Positions 12,753 to 23,900 of a DNA stretch of 64,000 nucleotides are shown here, piece after piece. The DNA lies in the NCBI RefSeq assembly GCF_022045235.1, contig NW_027266272.1, positions 2,852,001-2,916,000 of the forward strand, read 5' to 3'. This DNA is from Haliotis cracherodii. Its lineage: Eukaryota. The notes below the pieces were generated by a model. It ran no database searches. It was not told the origin of the DNA and saw nothing but the letters and a program-made list of their open reading frames with translations. Numbering within the stretch: the first letter of the stretch is position 1; every line of letters starts with the position of its first letter. A program made the translations under genes and the position numbers.

Positions 12753-13102
12753 TAAGGCTAAAACAATAAGAGTCTTGGTTGTCAGGCACTGCCCACATCA
12801 TCATCAAGTCTGTCGCACGTTTCGTTTTTATTTCCATTATCAAAATAATAAAAAAATCCTAATTCTTAAAAACAATGCGATCCAATATAGCACACAGTTA
12901 CTGCCCTTTACATGCGCAATGATTTACTGCGCATCTCCTGTTATGGTCATGGTGGTAATAGCAGTTTGTATGCTTACTGATGTAGGGAGGCCCTTACTAG
13001 TTTGATCAATCAAAAAACAAAACGAAACACAAAAAACCCGCCTGTCCACCTGCACGATCTTTTCATTGCCTGAGAACCAATTCTTTTATTTTTTAAGCCT
13101 TA
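12753..13102. mobile_element. MITE with ~35-bp imperfect TIRs; related copy ~23545-23930
   Basis: TAAGGCTAAAACAATAAGAGTCTTGGTTGTCAGGCA ... TGCCTGAGAACCAATTCTTTTATTTTTTAAGCCTTA; internal sequence shared with the 23.6-23.9 kb copy. Confidence 0.65.
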
Positions 13103-13236
13103 CAGACAACTTAAGAAAGTGATCTCTTTCATGTAGCATCAGCACAAAATGATATTTCTTCTAAGATAATGAATGTTCCTTATGAAATATGTACATTGTG
13201 TTATGTACAAAATATTTACATCTTCTACAACATGTG

Positions 13237-13420
13237 GGGGGCGGTCGGGTAGCCTAGTGGTTAAACTATTCGCCCGTCAGGCTGAAAAACCCGGGTTCGA
13301 TTCCCGACATGGGTACAATGTGGGAAGCCCATTTCTGGTGTCCCCCACTGTGATATTGCTGGAATATTGCTAAAAGAGGCATTTAACCACACTCACTCAC
13401 TCACTCACTCGCTCGCTCAA
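13237..13420 (+). mobile_element. tRNA-derived SINE, family 1. Further copies 4168-4325, 18745-18880, 19038-19197, 25283-25438, 26194-26416, 33534-33698, 60347-60506, 63036-63192
   Basis: TSD CTACAACATGTGG here; TSDs also seen at 18745 (TTACAAAGCTTAA), 19038 (AATTTGCTGTATA) and 60347 (ACAGCACTTA). Confidence 0.85.
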
Positions 13421-14256
13421 TCACTACAACATGTGGACAAGTGAACTATCAACTGCAGGTTAGTCTGCCTCAGCTCAGACCTTGTCTCTGGTGCTGATCT
13501 AGGTAACATTGGCAGATGAACCCCATGAGTAAAGGTATCCAGTTGCACACAGATTTGTTTGAAGACTCAAGTTAACGAGTTCATCGGAATAATGGTCCTC
13601 ATTCCACAAGCAATCTCAGCAACTAATAGATGACAGTCTTTTAAGACATGACCTTACATTGTTTCACGCCATTTAAGCTTTCAGCTACACAGCTATGTAA
13701 CTCCATTTGTTGGAAGACTTCCAAGGGTCGTTGTTCTTCAAATCATTGTAGAATGAAGGTTTTCACGGTTGGAGTCCATCATAACTCAAGCAACAATGTA
13801 GCCAGAATTGTACCGCCTTGGACGACTGAGCCACCCAGTGAGGTATTTAACATGTACTACCATGGAAGGCAGCTGTAGAGTATGACTGGGTTTGGAGCAG
13901 GGTTGTACAAGCAAGACACAATTTGGGAGAGGGTCGTTAAAAAAAGTTGTGGCACTGTAGCTCACCTGCAAATGTAGTAAAAACAACAAAGACAGCTGGT
14001 TGCTGTCAGCATTGACACTCAAATATTTTCTTCATAAATACGAAAGGCTTGCACTAAATTCTAAAAAGAAATATACAAAATATGATGGCAACATAGGGAG
14101 GAACATGTATGCCATCTCCTTCAGTCTGGCAATTTCAGAGGAAGAAAAGTTTACGGAGGTAAAAATACATTTTGAGAGAATTTAAAAGCACAGCACAAAG
14201 CAATAGTGGTGGTGATGGTGATGATGGTGGTGATGATATATTGTTGCCCAGGGGTT

Positions 14257-14654
14257 GGATGAAGGACTTGTAAAACAGTTGATGATATACAAAACAGGGG
14301 TTGACACTGTTGGTCAATCCAACTATTCTGCAGGACATTTTGGACTAAACATTTATGTAAAATAGTTAGATTTTGATTGAAAACAAATCCCTCTTGATTT
14401 GCATTTGACTCTGACTAAAGGCCAAGTGTCTGTGTCTATCCTTGAAAGATAGGCAGGATGAAGGACTTGTAAAACAGTTGATGATATACAAAACAGGGGT
14501 TGACACTGTTGGTCAATCCAACTATTCTGCAGGACATTTTGGACTAAACATTTATGTAAAATAGTTAGATTTTGATTGAAAACAAATCCCTCTTGATTTG
14601 CATTTGACTCGGACTAAAGGCCAAGTGTCTGTGTCTATCCTTGAAAGATAGGCA
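14257..14654. repeat. 199-bp tandem duplication (2 copies, one visible mismatch) downstream of the CLP1 stop
   Basis: 14257-14455 matches 14456-14654. Confidence 0.9.
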
Positions 14655-14915
14655 ACCATCGGTAGGGCTAGGATTGTCTGCTCATTATGCTGGAGTCCTG
14701 ACTACAAGTCTGTGTGTTGCATATTGTATAATGGGTCATTATCAGAATGCGAGCACTATTGTTCTGACCATTGTGTCTGATTTTGTATGATCCCAGTAGT
14801 CAGTGCAGACACTCTCACTGGACAGGTGCGACTTATTCCTTGTCAGAGTAGCTATGTTTTCTCTGTTTGAGACTGCTGGACAGTTCAGTGTCCATGTTGT
14901 GACGATGCCTGCACT

Positions 14916-17900
14916 TCACTTGATGTCCATGAACTGAATGTCCATGACAAACAGGTTGGTGTTGGGCAGTGGTGGAGCACCTGGGGACAGCACATTGAAC
15001 GTCATTTTCTCCATGTTCACCGACGTCCTGCAATACAAGCACCCAGTTAGTCAGAGCAACAATCAGTTAGTCAGAGCATCAGCACATTGAACGTCATTTT
15101 CTCCATGTTCACCGACGTCCTGCAATACAAGCACCCAGTTAGTCAGAGAAACAATCAGTTAGTCAGAGCATCAGCACATTGAACGTCATTTTCTCCATGT
15201 TCACCGACGTCCTGCAATACAAGCACCCAGTTAGTCAGAGCAACAATCAGTTAGTCAGAGCATCAGCACATTGAATGTCATTTTCTCCATGTTCACCGAC
15301 GTCCTGCAATACAAACACTCAGTTAGTCAGAGCATCAGTACATTGAACGTCATTTTCTCCATGTTCACCGAGGTCCTGCAATACAAACACTCACTTAGTT
15401 AGAGCATCAGCACATTGAACGTCATTTTCTCCATGTTCACCGACGTCCTGCAATACAAACACTCAGTTAGTCAGAGCAACACTCAGTTAGTCAGAGCATC
15501 AGCACATTTAACGTCATTTTCTCCATGCTCACCGACGTCCTGCAATACAAACACTCACTTAGTCAGAGCAACAATCAGTTAGTCAGAGCATGAGCACATT
15601 GAACGTCATTTTCTCCATGTTCACCGACGTCCTGCAATACAAACACTCACTTAGTTAGAGCATCAGCACATTGAACGTCATTTTCTCCATGTTCACCGAC
15701 GTCCTGCAATACAAACACTCAGTTAGTCAGAGCATCAGCACATTGAACGTCATTTTCTCCATGTTCACCGACGTCCTGCAATACAAACACTCAGTTAGTC
15801 AGAGCATCAGCACATTGAACGTCATTTTCTCCATGTTCACCGACGTCCTGCAATACAAACACTCACTTAGTCAGAGCATCAGCACATTGAACGTCATTTT
15901 CTCCATGTTCACCGAGGTCCTGCAATACAAACACTCAGTTAGTCAGAGCATCAGCACATTGAACGTCATTTTCTCCATGTTCACCGAGGTCCTGCAATAC
16001 AAACACTCACTTAGTTAGAGCATCAGCACATTGAACGTCATTTTCTCCATGTTCACCGAGGTCCTGCAATACAAACACTCAGTTAGTCAGAGCATCAGCA
16101 CATTGAACGTCATTTTCTCCATGTTCACCGACGTCCTGCAATACAAACACTCACTTAGTCAGAGCATCAGCACATTGAACGTCATTTTCTCCATGTTCAC
16201 CGACGTCCTGCAATACAAACACTCAGTTAGTCAGAGCATCAGCACATTGAACGTCATTTTCTCCATGTTCACCGACGTCCTGCAATACAAACACTCAGTT
16301 AGTCAGAGCATCAGCACATTGAACGTCATTTTCTCCATGTTCACCGACGTCCTGCAATACAAACACTCACTTAGTCAGAGCATCAGCACATTGAATGTCA
16401 TTTTCTCCATGTTCACCGAGGTCCTGCAATACAAACACTCAGTTAGTCAGAGCATCAGCACATTGAACGTCATTTTCTCCATGTTCACCGAGGTCCTGCA
16501 ATACAAACACTCACTTAGTTAGAGCATCAGCACATTGAACGTCATTTTCTCCATGTTCACCGACGTCCTGCAATACAAACACTCAGTTAGTCAGAGCATC
16601 AGCACATTGAACGTCATTTTCTCCATGTTCACCGACGTCCTGCAATACAAACACTCACTTAGTCAGAGCATCAGCACATTGAATGTCATTTTCTCCATGT
16701 TCACCGACGTCCTGCAATACAAGCACCCAGTTAGTCAGAGCATCAGCACATTGAACGTCATTTTCTCCATGTTCACCGAAGTCCTGCAATACAAACATTC
16801 AGTTAGTCAGAGCATCAGCACATTGAACGTCATTTTCTCCATGTTCACCGAAGTCCTGCAATACAAACATTCAGTTAGTCAGAGCATTAGCATACTGAAC
16901 GTCATTTTCTCCATGTTCACCGAAGTCCTGCAATACAAACATTCAGTTAGTCAGAGCATCAGCACATTGAACGTCATTTTCTCCATGCTCATCGACGTCC
17001 TGCAATACAAACACTCACTTAGTCAGAGCAACAATCAGTTAGTCAGAGCATCAGCACATTGAACGTCATTTTCTCCATGTTCATCGACGTCCTGCAATAC
17101 AAACACCCAGTTGGTCAGAGCAACACTAAGTTCGTCAGAGCATCAGCACATTGAACGTCATTTTCTCCATGTTCCCTTCAAGTTTGTTTGTGTGTTGCTT
17201 AACGCCGCACTCAGCAATATTCCATTTATATGATGGTGGCCTCTTAACAGAGTCTGGACCAGACAACCCAGTGATTGACATCATGAGCATCGGTCCATGC
17301 AATTGGGATCAATGACATGATTCAACCCAGTCAGCAAGCCTGACCACCTAATCCAATTAGTCGTCTCTTACAACAAGCACAGTCGCCTTTCACGACAAGC
17401 ATGGGTTGCTGAAGACCGATTCTACCCTGGATCTTCACGGGTCGAAACGGGTAAACCCCTGCATGTTGACATGAAAACCTTGTTGTACCCTGGTCCCATA
17501 AATTTATCAAGGTTGAAACATAGTCATGACTGATGCATAAAATCTCAGACTTTTGATGACTTTGTCATGCTTTTTCATTAATCTATGCCAAGACTGCCGG
17601 GAGTCAGTCATTCTGCCACCCTGTGTACTCACACAACAATAAATCCCAGCGTGTTCGACTCAATCATTGTCTGTTCGATGGTGGTGGAGGAGTTGATGCT
17701 CAGGACATGGTGCAGGATGTTGTTACCTGGAACATTCAACACAGGTAAACAGAGACAGGTGAACAGAGACAGGTAAACAGAGAGACAGGTGGACAGAGAC
17801 AGGTGAACAGAGACAGGTGAACAGAGACAGGTAAACAGAGACAGGTAAATAGAGACAGGTGAACAGAGACACAGGTACACAGAGAAAGGTACACAGAGAC

Positions 17901-20900
17901 AGGTGAACAGAGACAGGTGAATAGAGACAGGTGGACAGAAACACAGGTGAATAGAGACAGGTGGACAGAGACAGGTGAACAGAGACAGGTGAACAGAGAC
18001 AGGTAAACAGAAGCAGGTGAACAGAGACAGGTGAACAGAGACAGGTGGACAGAGACAGGTGAACAGGGACAGGTGAACAGAGACAGGTAAACAGAAACAG
18101 GTGAACAGAGGCAGGTGAACAGAGACACAGGAGAGGAGAGACAGATGGATAGAGACACAGGTGAACAGGTGAATCACATATGGAAACTTCAAATTCTTAT
18201 TGTTCATCAAAATCACCTCCATCAGGTCATCGAGTATTTACATGTCAATATCACCCATACGAGTAGAAACATTGAGTGTAATAACTTTTCAATATTTGCA
18301 TTTTAGTGATTCTCCAAGCTGATTGGTCAGTTGAAGCCCCATGTCACAGTGCTTCACTGTTAAAATACAACATGACTTCATACATTGTTCCTGACATCAC
18401 AGCTCGATTTCACGACTGAACAATAGTTTGCCTTTAGTGAAGTTTATCTAGTGGGTTGACATTTCATAAGTTTTTCTTCATTTTCTCTCTTAAAATGTCT
18501 GCGAGTAATATATAGAATAACCTACTCAAAACTTGAAATAATGAACTATCAGCCCCTCGCCAAAGCCTCGGGAGTTTCATCATTCATTCAGAAGGCACAG
18601 ATAATCCATCATTCCTCTCGTTGGTTATTCTCTAAATAGACTTCCTTCATGATATCAGTGATATGTCAATAGTAAGCACCAACTGGGGACAAGTGTACTG
18701 CTTCACAAACTTCCAAGCAAGTCAAACTTTACAAAGCTTAAGTGAATGAGTGAGTATGGTTTGACGCCGCTTTTAGCAATATTTCAGCAATATCACGGCG
18801 GAGGACACCAGAAATGGGCTTCACACATTGTACCCATATGTGGAATCAAACGCTTAAACCACTACGCCACCCCACTGCCCCTTACAAAGCTTAAAGGTCA
18901 CTTAATGTGTAATTGTTTGATGAAATCTGATGCAATAAGGAATATACAGTAAACTATGCTTGTAACGAACACGCTTATAACGAAATGGCGGATATAATGA
19001 ACTGTTATTCTTGGTCGCTGCAATTTGCTGTATAGTCAGTGAGTATGGTTTTACGCCGCTTTTAGCAATATTCCAGCAATATCATGGCGGGGGGACATCA
19101 GAAATGGGCTTCACACATTGTACCCATGTCGGGAATCGAACCCGGGTCTTCGGCGTGACGAGCGAACGCTTTAACCACTAGGCTACCCGATCGCCCAAAT
19201 TTGCTGTATAAACATGATAAATGCTGTATACATGGTTATAAAGAACTACAGTTATAACAAACTGGAATTAGTGCTCCATTTGAGTTCGTTATAAGCCTAG
19301 TTTACTGTATACCAATTCGGGACACTTGCTACAGTATGCTGAATTCTTTGCTTCAAATAAAATGGCTCCTCGATGTGTGCCCCGAAATACTGATGCACAA
19401 CTCATCCCTTGTTTGTGTGTACAGGTGTACTTACTAGGCAGTAGGGGTACCAGCTTGGTCTTGTTGTCCTGGGCCTTCATCCCCAGGGGCAGGCACGACT
19501 CGGGCAGGGGCGGGGCTGGCAACACACACAACATTACTCCAGTGACATCATCAACAGTACATGCCTATAACATGTATAAAGGTTCATACAGATACGAAAC
19601 ACTAAAATTCAAGGCGTTTTCAAGGTTTTGCACTGTTATTTTCAGTGCTGATTAGTTTTGTTATTAGCCTAAGTCTGCCACATCTTTTTTTTAAATCAAT
19701 TATACCATGTATTAATCAACAATATCTGAAAAGCAGTATGAATTTTCCAACAAGATGTATTTTCACAACCATCAATAAAAGACATTAAGTCAGTCAAGAA
19801 TTTCTATACATGTATTTATATTAACAGGCATGGATGTATTGTACAAATTCAAGGCTTTTTTAAGCTATGTTGGTGATTTTCAAGGCTTTTCAAGCCATTT
19901 TGGTGATTTTCAAGGCTTTTCAAGCTAGTTTGGTGATTTTCAAGCCTTTCATGGTTGACACTAAAAATAAAGGCTTTTTAGAGACCATAATATTCAAGGG
20001 ACTTTTCAAGCGATTAAACCTTGTGTATGTAGCATGCTTAGAATCAGTAGGGTTGAACATTGCTTTGAACAGTATTTCAGTTATGTTAAAGCAAATTGAC
20101 TTGTTTACCACTTTGAGGAAACTGACGTGTATGGTCATAAGGTGCTGACAAACCAAGGGTCGTTTGAGAGGCATTTCTTAGAAGTTGACGAATGACAAAG
20201 TGGACAAATAATTTATCGATAACAACGTCTTCATAATACTGTTATAGCGACGTTCAGGTATAGATCCTCATACCGTTGTCAAGGGAAACGTTGCTGTTAC
20301 AGAATAATAAAGTTATCCATGAAAAATATGTTCACTTAACGTAGGGTCATAATCCAGGAAAGTCTGAGAATCACAGAGATCAAATTACGGAACACAATAT
20401 CATTGTGGCTTCTTATAAAAAGCCAAATGAAATACATAAACATTTTGAATAGCAAAGAACCTCTTAATTGTCCTTGTTACCAATGGTTACATAAACAAGC
20501 AAAAACCAGCAGAAGTCTTGTTGTCGTCAGTTTCTGGCAAATGTAATTATGGTGCCATACGAAGCAAAAAGACCCACCCACAAAAAATGAAAAACTATGT
20601 ACAGTAAACTATGTTAATAACGAACACACTTATAAGGAACTGACGGGTATAACAAACGTATTGTTTGGTCCTGACCATTTGTGTTATATATGCTGTACAT
20701 ATGCTGATAACAAACACCAAGTATAACAAAATAAAATTGTTGGACCCTTTGAGTTTGTTATAACTGAAGTTTACTGAAAATATGCTCTCCTTTGCATGAT
20801 CATTTTTTTAATATTTTTTATTGATGGCTCATAAACACACACATTCTTTCCTATTACTACAGCCAATCTGTCATGCCATGACTGATGCCTAATGCAGGGA

Positions 20901-23900
20901 TGACTCAAGGACTTTTCTGACGTGAGTCCTGTATGTAAAAATTTCAAACATCCCAGAAGTTCACCCATACAGCACAATGTCCCACTGTATTTGAAAATGT
21001 GGGCCTTTTTTCAAATTTACGGGCTAAAAGCTGAAGGACCCCTCCCACCATCCCCTAGAGTTATCCCTGCTACAGTAATGTGCTGCCTGGTTGTGTATTT
21101 AGTTCACATGCAGTCTGTAAGCTAATGGTGGGTCGGTACACCGATGATTTTCACACTGCCAACTGTAAATCATCAGTGTGCCAGATATTAGCCATCCTGT
21201 CTATAAAAAAGATGGCTTACGCATCACAGATAAGAGCACATGCATGTATCATGATACATATCAGATCGTGAGTAAGGTATCATGCTACGTATCGGATCAC
21301 ACAGTTGGTGTACCATCCCAGCCCTACTGTAAGCATGGAAACCTTTATCATGTTTAAACTCAGTACGTGCAAACTGTCGAGGGCGTACCAACATCATTCA
21401 TAGTTTGCCTCATATAAATATAGAATACTAAACGAGCTCCTGTGTAATACCAATTTTATGAAACTCGTGAATAGTTGTGGTATCTGACGAGCTAAAGCTT
21501 TCGCTCGTCAGATACCACAACTATTCACGAGTTTCATTAAATTGGTTTTACATGGGAGCGAGTTTAGTATTTTATTTATTACTTGCCATTTATTACGTTT
21601 TTAGAATTATACTGTTGAGTGTGAATAGGCTGACACCTACACGATCCACGGCATAATCCAATTGAGTTTAACACAATAATACTTCAAACACGTCAAAAGT
21701 TGAAACATATGAATTTAATACCATACTACGGCCCACCTTTAGAATTCAGGCGTCCGTTCGACAAAATTATAGTAGAGTTAAGGTTATCGCAACTCACATA
21801 CTTTAACTTAGACCAACAACTGTCGTGCTACAGTATGAGGGTTGCTGGGGTCATCGAGTGTGCACAAGTTCCTCTCAGTGATCTATCATCTCCACACGCA
21901 ATGTCATTGAATAAGCCAAGGGATGTTGAGAGCTTTCAATATTTGTTCCGAGAGTTCATAAGCACGCGTTTTGGTATTACACAATGTGTAATACAGCTGT
22001 ATGTTTATAAAACGGGTGATCTCTTCACAGGCAAGTAATAAATATCATATACATATAAAACATTGCATTACAAAGGCACACACTGGAGCACGGTGCTTTA
22101 GACATTGTGATAATCACTCTAAATCATAGTCTCTCCGATTACCTCCAATCTTAAATATTTTGACATCTGCGAACTTGACTTCAAATGTGTGAGGGTACAG
22201 GGTGTTCTTGATGCCGTAGAAGTATTCCCGCACCTTGGCGTCCCTGCCCTCGGCACGCACGTGTGTTGACCGCTCCACCACCTGACATGGCAAACACAAC
22301 ACACAGTAATGTCAATAATAGTACCAGATTTCTGATTGACTGATTGATTGATTGTTTGTTGTTTAACGCCACCTTCAGCAATATTCCAACTATATGACGG
22401 CGGTCTGTCGATAATAAAGTCTGGACCAGACAATCCAGTGACTGACATCATGAGCATCGATCCAAGCAATTGGGATACGATGACATGCATCAACCAAGTC
22501 AGCGAGTCTGACCACCCGATCACATTAGACGCCTCTTACGACAAGAATTGTTTCCTCTTACGGCAAGCATGGGTTGCTGAACATGCTGAAGACCTTTTCT
22601 ACCCTGGGCCTTCACGGGTCTTGAGTTGGTGAATGATGTCTATGGTAGGTGTTACGATTAGCTAGCTGTCTACCAAGTCTATGGTGCTTAAAAACCAAAG
22701 ATGATCATCTGTACAAATCTGGGATTCGAACCCACACTCTACAGACCTTGAGGGACACTGCAGCCAAAGACAATCGTCCCACCTGAGCCCCGACATGATA
22801 CTTTGTAAGCTAGCATCATGCATATTGTAGTCTGTATGACAGACAAGCTACTCACCCCTCCTGACTTTGGCAGCAGGATGATCTTGACGAATTCCGGCAT
22901 GTCTCGTTTCATCTCATTATACAGCCGCTCTTGATCCAAAACAATCACAGCATCAACTGTGGGAGAAACAAGGGCGATAACTGCAGGTTTTGTTTGTTTG
23001 TTTTATTGTTGTTTAACGCCCCACTCAGCAATATTCCAGCTATATGACGGCAGTCTGTAAATAATCATATCTGGACCAGACAATCCAGTGACCACCTGAC
23101 CCTGTTCGTCGCCTCTTATGACAAGTAGTCTCCTTTTACAGCAAGAATGGGTTGCTGAAGACCTATTCTACCCCGGATCTTCATGGGTCAGATAACTGGA
23201 GGTAATACCTTCAAAGGCTCCTGCAGCTTGTTTAATGGCCTCGTATCCCCCTCCTCGTATCCAACCCCCAGTGTTGATGATAACACCGCTCATATTGGCT
23301 GAAACACACAAGACGAAGGTAACATGTTTTTGTTCTAATTATAACATTCACATGACCATATTTCAATCTGATAAGTTCACCCTATTTTTTGTTTGACAAA
23401 ATTGCTGCTCATTGTGAAATAATAACAGACTATGAATACTAACTGGCAGATTTTCATCCAAATTCCTCAAAAATGTGATTGCAGCAATAGTACACTCCAA
23501 GATCATTGAGTAACTTTACTCAAGAGAATTTCTAAACAAATGCCAATAGTCTTAGTTCTCAGGCACCGCCCTCATCATCATTAAGTCAGGGGCATGTTTC
23601 GTTTTTATTTCTATTTTCCAAAAAATAAAAAAATCCTTAAACTTCAAAACAATGCGATCCAATATATCATGCAGTTACTTCCCTTTACATGAATACTTCT
23701 TTAATGCGCATCTCATGTCGTATTCACATGGTCATGGCGGCAATAGGAGTTTGTATGCTGGTTTATGTAGGGAGGCCCTTTCCCAGGTTGATGGTACACA
23801 ACTGATTATTTGGTTACATACTAGTTTGAACAAGCCAAAAAAACCCAAAAACAGCCGCCCTCACGCCCAAACTATGTTTCTAAAAGTCATTGCCTGAGAA

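Noticed and set aside
15671-17062. Plus-strand repetitive ORFs ([24 protein letters not shown])n
   Set aside because: By-product of a 72-bp unit (multiple of 3), interrupted by stops; the meaningful strand is minus.
15030-17093. Recursive splicing through the CLP1 acceptor array
   Set aside because: Units read AG|GAC, not AG|GT, so no zero-length-exon donor is regenerated; the nearby CG|GTGAAC is weak and would frameshift.
14989-17174. CRISPR-like appearance of the regular arrays (also 38595-39690 and 45772-46503)
   Set aside because: No unique spacers, eukaryotic context and no cas genes; these are minisatellites.
17629-18222. 197-aa Cys/Leu-rich ORF and overlapping ORFs
   Set aside because: Translation of the 14-bp repeat; only 17726-17633 is a real CLP1 exon.
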